From Pseudoalteromonas translucida KMM 520 (GTDB lineage: Bacteria > Pseudomonadota > Gammaproteobacteria > Enterobacterales > Alteromonadaceae): a stretch of 32,000 nucleotides of DNA. Positions within the stretch are counted from its first letter, which is position 1; the number at the start of each line of letters is the position of its first letter. A model generated the notes under the pieces. It saw nothing but the letters and a program-made list of their open reading frames with translations, ran no database searches and had not been told where the DNA came from. The position numbers and the translations under genes are program-made. The stretch is from the NCBI RefSeq assembly GCF_001465295.1, contig NZ_CP011034.1, forward strand, positions 2,760,001 to 2,792,000, in the 5' to 3' direction. Positions 24,722-32,000 of this stretch are shown piece by piece.

Positions 24722-25333
24722 ATGAAACAAATAACTGTGAAACCTATAACTGTGAAACTAGCACCTATAAAGCTAAACACTATTAACTTAACTGTTTTGT
24801 TAGCAGTATTTTTAGCACTTACTATGCTCTCAAGTAACGCCTTTGCGAATCCGCAAAATGTACATAACAAACACCATAAACCAGGTAAAGTGATACGTCA
24901 TATTCCTAGTAATAGTGTATCTGTACGTTTTAATGGTGCAGTATTTAATACCCATAATGGCACTTACTATCGTAAACACAGCAGAGGCTATCGAGAGGTA
25001 ATGCCACCAAGAGGTTTACATATTAGATCACTGCCCAGATACCACTCACGTTTAAGGCATCGCAATAACACTTATTATACCTATCAAAATGTATATTATA
25101 TTGCCGAAAATAACGGCTACACAGTAGTAGACACGCCTAAAATACAGGTTAACCAAGCAATTAAAGTAAACAACACCAGCAGCTATAAGCTTGGGCAGTT
25201 TTACGACTCGCTACCAACGGCAGCAAAGCCCGTAACTATTAGCTCGGTGCAGTACTTTAAATATGATGACATTTATTTTTTACCGCAAATTAGTGATGAT
25301 GTAATTAAATATCTCGCTGTTAAACTCAATTAA
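24722..25333 (+). CDS. hypothetical secreted His/Arg/Tyr-rich protein
   Basis: ATG at 24722 behind GAGG. Signal peptide ends ...LSSNAFA. The mature part is rich in H, R, Y and N, with YY-containing modules (GTYYRK...GYREVMPP; NTYYTYQNVYYIAENNGYTVVD; VQYFKYDDIYFLPQ). No verified family. Confidence 0.65.
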   Translation: MKQITVKPITVKLAPIKLNTINLTVLLAVFLALTMLSSNAFANPQNVHNKHHKPGKVIRHIPSNSVSVRFNGAVFNTHNGTYYRKHSRGYREVMPPRGLHIRSLPRYHSRLRHRNNTYYTYQNVYYIAENNGYTVVDTPKIQVNQAIKVNNTSSYKLGQFYDSLPTAAKPVTISSVQYFKYDDIYFLPQISDDVIKYLAVKLN

Positions 25334-25453
25334 TACTGCCTTTATCTGTCGCAAATAAAAACATAAATAAGGGCATAGCATTTTATCTTGCTATCAAGCT
25401 ACTTCGCTCCTATAGTCAGCAGATTATAGGCCTTTATTTTGAACAAACTTGTT

Positions 25454-27322
25454 ATGAAAACTAGCACTCCAGCTCGTGATTTTGGTGAACTATTAGGTTA
25501 CGCACCTGGTAATGTTGCTGTTTACTCGTCTGACTACGACTCTGCCGACGAAAGCATTTACCCCAACCGCAGTGCCTATCGCAGTTATTTAGATGGCATT
25601 TATATGGGCTATAAATGGCAATGCGTTGAATTTGCTAGGCGTTGGATGTATCTCAATCATGGTTATATTTTTGATGACATAGCCATGGCTTACGATATTT
25701 TCGAGCTACGCTCAGTACGTGACGTTAACAGCCAAAATAGACTCCCCTTACAAGCATTTAAAAATGGCGCAAAGCATCACCCTCAAGTTGGTAGTTTACT
25801 TATTTGGGAAGAAGGCGGCGAGTTTGAAGAAACCGGCCATGTTGCCATTGTAGTAGAAGTTCACCCTGATAAAATTCGTCTTGCTGAGCAAAATGTTGGC
25901 CATCAAACATGGCCACAAGGTCAAAATTGGTGCCGCGAGCTTAAAGCTAAAATAACCAAAGATGGCGACTATTGGATTGAATGCTCTTATAACGATGCAA
26001 CTATTTTAGGCTGGATGACCCAAACTGATCAAATTGAACACGCAGAACCTACCGCTGAAATAAACACCGATTTATTTACAATAAAATCTAATTACATTGC
26101 CGATACAGGCCAAGCAGCAAAGTCATGGTTAAATATTGCTAATGATGACGAAGCCGCCTATGTAGATATGATGCAAGGCCACAAGCTTACTTCAAATGCA
26201 GAGGATCAACATAGCTACTTTACTATTTCACACACAGCCCAACAAACTATTGAGCACGCCACCAATGAGCTGCATGGCTTATTTATGCATGCCACCGACT
26301 ATGTGTTACAGCACCCTGAGCTATTAAAAAAGTTTAATTTACCTGAAGTAGTACTCAATAAAATTCGTCAATCGTGGGATAACCGCTTAAACCAATTGAT
26401 CACCAGTCGCTTTGACTTTGCACTAACCCCTGCAGGCTTAAAAGTGTATGAATACAACTGCGACTCCGCTTCGTGTTATATGGAAAGCGGTAAAGTTCAG
26501 GGTAAGTGGGCAAAGCACTTTGGAGTTAAAACGGGTATTGATGCAGGGCAAGATTTATTTAAAGACTTAGTAAAAGCATGGCGAAAAAGTGAAGTAAAAG
26601 GTTTAGTTCATATTCTTCAAGATGACGACCCAGAAGAGCATTACCATGCTTTATTTATGAAAGAAACAATTGCGGCAGCAGGCTTTGAGTGCAAAATTAT
26701 TATTGGTTTAAGTACTCTGTCTTGGGACGACTTTGGCAATATAATTGATGCCGATGGCAATAAACTTAATTACGTATGGAAAACCTGGTCGTGGGAAACA
26801 GCACTTGAGCAAATTCGTGATGAATGCGAGGCTGATCAAGCTCAAAATCATAATTTTGAGCCGCAATGGCAAGCAGGCGCAACCCCGCGGTTGGCTGATG
26901 TATTATTGCGTAAAAATGTCATGGTTTTTGAACCATTATGGACACTGATCCCCAGTAATAAAGCAATCTTACCTGTACTGTGGAGTTTATTTCCTAATCA
27001 TAAATATTTGCTCAATACCGCGTTTGAGCTCAGTGATGAATTATTACAAACCGGCTATGTAGTAAAACCCATTGTTGGCCGCTGTGGAGCAAATATTCAA
27101 CTAGTCGATCAGCAACAACAAACCATTGAGGAAACCGCCGGACACTTTGCATCCCAAGAGCAAATATATCAGCAATTATTTGCGCTACCAAAAGTAGACG
27201 ATTACTTTGTACAAATATGCAGTTTTACCACAGCAGGTAAATATTCTGGTGCGGGTGTGCGAGTCGATAAAAGCATGATTATTAATGGCCATAGTGACTG
27301 TATGGCACTGCGAATTGAGTAA
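25454..27322 (+). CDS. gss: bifunctional glutathionylspermidine amidase/synthetase
   Basis: Collinear with E. coli Gss. CHAP amidase region FGELLGYAPGNVAVYSSDY...YMGYKWQCVEFARRW...TGHVAIVV. Synthetase region LKVYEYNCDSASC...VWKTWSWET...FEPLWTLIPSNKAILPVLWSLFPNHKYLL...GYVVKPIVGRCGANI. ATG 25454 preferred over the TTG at 25439. Confidence 0.93.
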   Translation: MKTSTPARDFGELLGYAPGNVAVYSSDYDSADESIYPNRSAYRSYLDGIYMGYKWQCVEFARRWMYLNHGYIFDDIAMAYDIFELRSVRDVNSQNRLPLQAFKNGAKHHPQVGSLLIWEEGGEFEETGHVAIVVEVHPDKIRLAEQNVGHQTWPQGQNWCRELKAKITKDGDYWIECSYNDATILGWMTQTDQIEHAEPTAEINTDLFTIKSNYIADTGQAAKSWLNIANDDEAAYVDMMQGHKLTSNAEDQHSYFTISHTAQQTIEHATNELHGLFMHATDYVLQHPELLKKFNLPEVVLNKIRQSWDNRLNQLITSRFDFALTPAGLKVYEYNCDSASCYMESGKVQGKWAKHFGVKTGIDAGQDLFKDLVKAWRKSEVKGLVHILQDDDPEEHYHALFMKETIAAAGFECKIIIGLSTLSWDDFGNIIDADGNKLNYVWKTWSWETALEQIRDECEADQAQNHNFEPQWQAGATPRLADVLLRKNVMVFEPLWTLIPSNKAILPVLWSLFPNHKYLLNTAFELSDELLQTGYVVKPIVGRCGANIQLVDQQQQTIEETAGHFASQEQIYQQLFALPKVDDYFVQICSFTTAGKYSGAGVRVDKSMIINGHSDCMALRIE

Positions 27323-27350
27323 CTCGTAAAATTAATAAACAGCACTTTGT

Positions 27351-27399
27351 AGGGCTTAGCAATTAAATATAATAGTTAAGCCCTTTAACTATTATATTT
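27351..27399 (+). terminator. overlapping alternative hairpins after gss
   Basis: Hairpin A is AGGGCTTA (27351-58) with TAAGCCCT (27377-84). Hairpin B is a perfect 15-bp AAATATAATAGTTAA (27365-79) with TTAACTATTATATTT (27385-99) and loop GCCCT. The two share bases 27377-27379 and bury each other's arms. Confidence 0.45.
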
Positions 27400-27604
27400 A
27401 TTACACTGTGCATAATTTACAAAAAAGTGCACAGTTTTCAAATATGTAATACTTAACATCACTTCCCCCTCAAATTAAAACCTCTATCTATTTGTATATA
27501 AACAACTTTATTTTTATTTACTTCTCGGCATGGCGATTGCTTTAAATAAAGTAAAGTATGTTCATATAGTAATTAATGGGCAAAATAATTAAGTAGGAGA
27601 AATT

Positions 27605-28120
27605 ATGAGTAATAGTAACAAAACAGCTAAATTTACCGCTCCAGGTATGAGTAACGATTCAGCAGAAAAAACTATCGCTACGCTCGACAACCGTATGGTT
27701 GCGCTAATTGACTTACAACTTACCCTTAAACATATTCACTGGAACGTGGTTGGTCCTAATTTTATTGGCGTGCATGAAATGCTAGACCCACAAGTTGCGG
27801 TTGTACGCGAAATGACAGACACCATCGCAGAGCGTATTGCAACGCTAGGTGGCGTACCTGTTGGTACGCCAAAATCAATTGTTGATCGCCGTACATGGGA
27901 TGAGTACTCAATTGGTAAAGCCCTCGTTACCGAGCATTTAAGTGCACTCGATAATGTGTATAGCGGTATTAATAGCGATCATCGTAAAGCCATAGATACG
28001 CTTGCTGATCTTGATCCGGTTTCTGAGGACATGATCACCAGCCAATTAGCCGAGCTAGAGCAATTTCAATGGTTTATTCGTGCTCATCTTGAATCATCAA
28101 CAGGTGAACTACAAAAGTAG
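27605..28120 (+). CDS. dps: Dps (DNA protection during starvation) ferritin-like protein
   Basis: LQLTLKHIHWNVVGPNFIGVHEMLDPQ ferroxidase-site signature. 171 aa. RBS TAGGAGA. Confidence 0.93.
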   Translation: MSNSNKTAKFTAPGMSNDSAEKTIATLDNRMVALIDLQLTLKHIHWNVVGPNFIGVHEMLDPQVAVVREMTDTIAERIATLGGVPVGTPKSIVDRRTWDEYSIGKALVTEHLSALDNVYSGINSDHRKAIDTLADLDPVSEDMITSQLAELEQFQWFIRAHLESSTGELQK

Positions 28121-28184
28121 ATCCACTGTTATAACTGGCATAAATAACTAAATATTTATTGTTAGTTGATAATTTAAAATTAAG

Positions 28185-28218
28185 AAAAGCCCGCATTATT
28201 TAATAATGCGGGCTTTTT
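28185..28218 (+). terminator. intrinsic terminator after dps
   Basis: AAGCCCGCATTAT / ATAATGCGGGCTT 13-bp perfect stem followed by TTTT. Confidence 0.85.
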
Positions 28219-28320
28219 AAGTGCTAATAACTTAATAAAATAATAACCTTCTAAGCTAATTACACGTCTACGTAGCAAAATATCTGCATTTTGCTCTTAA
28301 AAAGTTTCCCCCCCAAGTAG

Positions 28321-28885
28321 CCACTAAATAATGGCGCGCTCAGCAAACGAATTAAAAATAAAGTACCTAAAAATTGGCAAACCAAAGCACATCATCAACA
28401 CAATTACCCAAACAGCGTAAACAACTATAAGTTAACTAACGAATTTCGTATTTCTAAAACATACAGTAACTTTCGTGACATTGACTCGTTTTCAAATGCA
28501 CTTGGTGCAAAATGCAACCTTACCGAACGCATCAAAATTTCTGGTGAAGTTGTATCGCCAGAAAGCATAAGACCTGACTCAGAGTTCACATTACGTTCAA
28601 TCGAAAAAATCGACGTTTGAAGCAAGTAGCGGTGTTGATTTAGCAAACCATTTATATAATGGTGCATTTTCACAAGACGGCACTGTTTATGGTAATAACT
28701 ACCGTGATGACAGAGGCCAGTTAGACTTTTCTGCAAGTTGGGACATTAACGAAAATGTTACCCTAGTAGGTAACGCAACAAACTTAACCGGTGAACCTTC
28801 AATCTACCTATCTGAACTAGGTGGTGCTTGGAAGTACACTGAGGCGGATCGCCGTTATAGCTTAGGCATTCGCGCTAAATTTTAA
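28321..28885 (+). pseudogene. 5'-truncated, frameshifted remnant of a TonB-dependent receptor gene (C-terminal barrel strands only)
   Basis: The frame ending at TAA 28883-28885 reads ...GNNYRDDRGQLDFSASWDINENVTLVGNATNLTGEPSIYLSELGGAWKYTEADRRYSLGIRAKF, a typical TBDR C-terminus with terminal F. That frame hits TAA at 28568. Upstream, the open frame shifts by one (28321-28617, no ATG), with the junction near the A6 run at 28605-28610. Only about 185 codons remain. Confidence 0.55.
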
Positions 28886-28900
28886 TTTTCCCTGGAAACT

Positions 28901-28927
28901 AAAGCCTGCTTTTATGCAGGCTTTTTT
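28901..28927 (+). terminator. intrinsic terminator after the receptor remnant
   Basis: AAGCCTGC-TTTTAT-GCAGGCTT followed by TTTT. Confidence 0.75.
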
Positions 28928-29038
28928 ATGCCTATACAAAAGTAGCTTTATATTGCATAAAAAACCCTCTCCCTAGCTATACTTATCTTAATATAAAACT
29001 TAATATCAAAGAGCAATTACTATTAATAAGGAAAGGTA

Positions 29039-30778
29039 GTGCTGTCGCGTTTATATAATTTTATGCCTGGTTTAAATACTTTACTTCATTATGAACGACA
29101 ATGGTTTGCTGATGATTTAAGAGCGGCATTATCGGTTGCCGCCGTAGCGCTACCCGTTGCTATTGCTTATGCACAGTTAACCGGCGTTAATGCTGCTGTA
29201 GGGCTGTATTCTTGCATACTACCTATGATGCTATATGCGCTTTTTGGCACCTCAAAACAATTAATAGTTGGCCCCGATGCCGCAACCTGTGCGGTTATAG
29301 CAGCAGTAGTAACCCCGCTTGCCGCAGGCGACAGTTTTAAGCACTGGCAGCTAGTTGTCACCATGACCGCCATGACCGGCTTTTGGTGTTTTATAGCCAG
29401 TAAATTTAAATTAGGCGTATTAGCAGACTTTTTATCTAAACCAATTTTAATGGGTTTATTAAACGGCGTAGCCATTACTATTATTGTGGGTCAGTTTTCT
29501 AAAGTATTTGGTTTTACCTTTGATGAAAGATACCTACTTGAACGCTTAGGTGGTGTGCCTACTTATTTATCACAAACCCATATTCCCACCTTATTGATGG
29601 CCTTATTTACTGTGGTTATTTACTTTGTTATGAAGCGACTAAAGCCTACGTGGCCGGCATCAATGTTTGCCATTACCTTGGGCGCAATATCAGTGTGGCT
29701 TTTTAATTTAGAGCAATTTAATATTAAAACCATAGGCACAGTAACCGGTGGGCTGCCGGTATTTAACACCCCAGTATTTGATATTGGTATTATTCGTGAA
29801 CTAGTTGTACCGGCACTTAACTTAGCCATAGTGAGCTTTGTAAGTATGATGCTAACCGCGCGTAGTTTTGCCGCAAAAAATGGCTACGACATAGATGCCG
29901 ATAAAGAATTTAGAGCCCTAGGTATTGCCAATTTCGCCTCTGCATTGTCGCAAGGCTTTGCCGTTAGTGGCGCCGACTCTCGCACCGCGGTTAACGACGC
30001 TAATGGCGGTAAAACGCAATTAGTGTCGATTATAGCCGCCACTATTATTGCTATAATTGCTATTTTTTTAACTGCCCCGCTAGAGTTTATACCTAGTGCA
30101 GCACTCGGTGTGGTACTTATTATTGCCTCTGTGCATTTGTTAGATTTAAAAGCGGTATGGCAACTAAAGTTTAAAGATAAACAGGCCTTTTACCTTGCCT
30201 TAGCCACCTTGTTTGCAGTGCTGTTTATAGGTGTTATTCCGGGGATTACACTTGCTGTATTACTGGGTTTGTTTCAATTTATTCGCACCGTAATGCGCCC
30301 TACCGACAATATATTAGGCGTAGATATAAAAGGCGTGGTAAGAAGCTTAGACGCCACCGATAAGGCAAAAGCCGTGCAAGGGGTATTTATTTACCGCTTT
30401 AATTCGCCATTAACTTACTTTAATGCCAGTTACTTTAAACGCAGATTACTTGAGCAATACGCAAAACAAAAAGACGATACCCAATGCGTTATTATTGATG
30501 CCGTACCTTGCTTTACCCATTTAGATTTAAGCGTTATGGCCATGCTTGCCGATTTAAACGTTATATTTAAAAAGCGCGGCATTAGCCTTGAGCTAGCCGG
30601 CAGAAAACGCCAGCTCTTATCCTGGTTTGAAATTGCCGGAATGGTATCGGGTAAAAATGGTATTTATGTTCACTCCGATCTCTATGTTGCGCTACAAAAA
30701 AATAGCGTAAGCCAGCCTACCGACGAAGTCGCCTTATTTGAAGCTCATACCAATGAGGCAAAACCCGAGCCGCTATAA
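29039..30778 (+). CDS. SulP-family inorganic anion transporter with C-terminal STAS domain
   Basis: LRAALSVAAVALPVAIAYAQLTG N-terminal SulP motif, many TM segments, and a C-terminal STAS-like region (VFIYRFNSPLTYFNASYF...VIIDAVPCFTHLDLSVMAMLADL). GTG start behind AAGGAAAGG. ATG 29063 is an alternative. Confidence 0.9.
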   Translation: MLSRLYNFMPGLNTLLHYERQWFADDLRAALSVAAVALPVAIAYAQLTGVNAAVGLYSCILPMMLYALFGTSKQLIVGPDAATCAVIAAVVTPLAAGDSFKHWQLVVTMTAMTGFWCFIASKFKLGVLADFLSKPILMGLLNGVAITIIVGQFSKVFGFTFDERYLLERLGGVPTYLSQTHIPTLLMALFTVVIYFVMKRLKPTWPASMFAITLGAISVWLFNLEQFNIKTIGTVTGGLPVFNTPVFDIGIIRELVVPALNLAIVSFVSMMLTARSFAAKNGYDIDADKEFRALGIANFASALSQGFAVSGADSRTAVNDANGGKTQLVSIIAATIIAIIAIFLTAPLEFIPSAALGVVLIIASVHLLDLKAVWQLKFKDKQAFYLALATLFAVLFIGVIPGITLAVLLGLFQFIRTVMRPTDNILGVDIKGVVRSLDATDKAKAVQGVFIYRFNSPLTYFNASYFKRRLLEQYAKQKDDTQCVIIDAVPCFTHLDLSVMAMLADLNVIFKKRGISLELAGRKRQLLSWFEIAGMVSGKNGIYVHSDLYVALQKNSVSQPTDEVALFEAHTNEAKPEPL

Positions 30779-30782
30779 ACAC

Positions 30783-30818
30783 AAAAAGGCTTACAACACA
30801 TAGTTGTAAGCCTTTTTA
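30783..30818. terminator. bidirectional intrinsic terminator between convergent SulP and membrane-protein genes
   Basis: AAGGCTTACAAC-ACATA-GTTGTAAGCCTT 12-bp perfect stem, flanked by an A-run and a T-run. Confidence 0.8.
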
Positions 30819-30841
30819 TACTAAAAACTTAGTAACTTAAA

Positions 30842-31552
30842 TTACTGTGAATGAACCATTTGTTCAAACTTCATGCCGGTTAATTTAGTAATTACTTTAA
30901 TCACATAAAAGAAAATACCAATCATTGCCAACATAGACGGAATAGCAATTATAGGGTAACTGAGCAAGGTCATTTCGCCAAGTTGCTCGTTAAACTCAAC
31001 CGTACCCGCAGGGCTGGTCACTATCCACTTAGCAAGTACGTAATTCATGGTTGATGAAAAAGCAAAAGTAAGCGCTAAAATATAATTAGCCTTGGTAATT
31101 TGCTGTTTAAAACGCTGGGTATTACCGCGCGCATCTAACGTATCGTAAATTACATCTAACTTAAATAAAATCGAGTTTAACAGCACTTTTGCCAGCAATG
31201 GCTTACCAAAAAAGCCCGACATTAAAACAGTAAGGCCAATAATACCCGGTATAGCCGCTTCTTTTATTGCCAACCACTCCACATTAAGCTCAAACAGCGC
31301 TATGCCACCCGTTAATAAAGTACTTAAAAAACCTAATAATGAAATAAAATTTAACGAGCGTGCTTTAATAAAATCATAAATACCGTAACCCACAGGAAAT
31401 ATAAGCGCGACAATTAACCCTACAACAGTTCCTAAATACTCAGGCCCCGAAAACTTCATTAAAATAATTGAAGGCACTATAATATTAAAAACGACCTCAA
31501 ATAATGGATTGTTTTTTTTACCTTTACTGTTATTTTGACCACTGGTTGTCAT
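30842..31552 (-). CDS. multi-pass inner-membrane protein of unknown function
   Basis: 236 aa with a basic N-terminus and about 6 hydrophobic segments. It loosely resembles septation-protein-A-like / VC0807-type membrane proteins. Not verified. Confidence 0.7.
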   Translation of the reverse strand: MTTSGQNNSKGKKNNPLFEVVFNIIVPSIILMKFSGPEYLGTVVGLIVALIFPVGYGIYDFIKARSLNFISLLGFLSTLLTGGIALFELNVEWLAIKEAAIPGIIGLTVLMSGFFGKPLLAKVLLNSILFKLDVIYDTLDARGNTQRFKQQITKANYILALTFAFSSTMNYVLAKWIVTSPAGTVEFNEQLGEMTLLSYPIIAIPSMLAMIGIFFYVIKVITKLTGMKFEQMVHSQ

Positions 31553-31726
31553 TCGTTACTTCCATTAATATATTATTGCTAAGACGAAAAGAGCACCTCT
31601 TCGCTACTGCCAAAGGCTATAATACTCGCAATACCTTCGCCATTCTAGCTTGTCGTTTTTGTATTGATTAAAAAGCTGAAAGAGAGCTATTATTTTTTGT
31701 GTATAAGTACACAAACAGCCCATTTA

Positions 31727-32000
31727 TTAGGCCGGCAAACTCATATCAATACCAGGTAAAGCCACCATCTGATCGCTAATAAGGCGGCGAATGTCACGAA
31801 TTATTGGCTGCTCGTTTTCAACTACTTGCTGCGATATAGCCACATAACCATGCCACGAAACATTATAGCCATGAGCAATGCGCGCCACTTCTTGTGGTTG
31901 AAACCCTTTTAATAACGGCTCTGGCACATAACCCCAACCTAGCTTGTCGCGTATTGCATCTCTAATTAACTCAAAGCTACTTAACGCAATATCGTAACGC
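31727..32000 (-). CDS. C-terminal fragment of a PBP2-fold protein, probably a LysR-type regulator (5' end beyond window)
   Basis: The frame is open to the window edge: ...RYDIALSSFELIRDAIRDKLGWGYVPEPLLKGF... resembles the effector-domain G.G.g.vP segment of LTTRs. Only 91 codons are visible. Confidence 0.4.
   Translation of the reverse strand, partial: RYDIALSSFELIRDAIRDKLGWGYVPEPLLKGFQPQEVARIAHGYNVSWHGYVAISQQVVENEQPIIRDIRRLISDQMVALPGIDMSLPA

Noticed and set aside
27323-27604. OxyR binding site upstream of dps
   Set aside because: ATAG and CTAT words occur, but with N13 spacing rather than the ATAG-N7-CTAT-N7-ATAG-N7-CTAT arrangement.
28425-28736. 103-aa minus-strand ORF as a real gene
   Set aside because: The opposite strand carries recognisable TonB-dependent-receptor C-terminal sequence. 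The ORF has no RBS or family features. It is treated as an antisense artefact of the pseudogene.
31697-31714. TTGTGTA-TAAG-TACACAA hairpin as terminator of the partial upstream gene
   Set aside because: On the transcribed (minus) strand the stem is followed by an A-run, not a U-run. The T-run is on the wrong side.
1-32000. Known defence systems, toxin-antitoxin pairs, prophage, IS or transposon ends, retron-like RT or ncRNA
   Set aside because: No nuclease, ATPase, RT, integrase or transposase-like translations appear in the ORF track. No terminal inverted repeats were noticed. The accessory-looking genes are metabolic or envelope proteins.

Overview
This is a chromosomal, mostly housekeeping stretch of an AT-rich gammaproteobacterium. 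The proteins track E. coli/Vibrio orthologs closely. A marine Alteromonadales/Pseudoalteromonas-like origin is inference only. Gene order: valS 3' end; fadL-like outer-membrane transporter; Cys-rich small membrane ORF; HD-GYP phosphodiesterase; rof; tRNA-Arg(CCG); YkoF-like / PnuC-family / ThiK-like kinase operon; small ORF; alr-dnaB; ECF sigma / anti-sigma / DUF4097-like trio; rpsF-priB-rpsR-rplI; PrpE-like acyl-CoA synthetase; ybdG-type mechanosensitive channel; LysR regulator divergent from a nemA-like OYE reductase; GH114-like lipoprotein; VOC protein; lipoprotein plus YeaR-like DUF1971 protein; orphan GT4 glycosyltransferase; tcyP-like cystine symporter; secreted His/Arg/Tyr-rich protein; gss; dps; decayed TonB-dependent-receptor 3' remnant; SulP/STAS transporter; multi-pass membrane protein; partial LysR-like CDS. 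I saw no CRISPR array, IS element, integrase, phage gene or recognisable defence gene. I did not find an unambiguous novel multi-gene system. The best candidates are: (1) the self-contained ECF sigma/anti-sigma/VNG-repeat secreted protein module between the rplI and dnaB operons; (2) a bind-import-phosphorylate vitamin (probably thiamine) salvage operon that lacks the expected TPP riboswitch; (3) a (GCTCTAA)3(GCTCTAG)9 heptanucleotide array in the fadL 3' UTR; (4) a perfect 20-bp palindrome, plus related AAAC..GTTT palindromes, in promoter regions. All functional calls come from reading the translations and from remembered family signatures. No database search was run.
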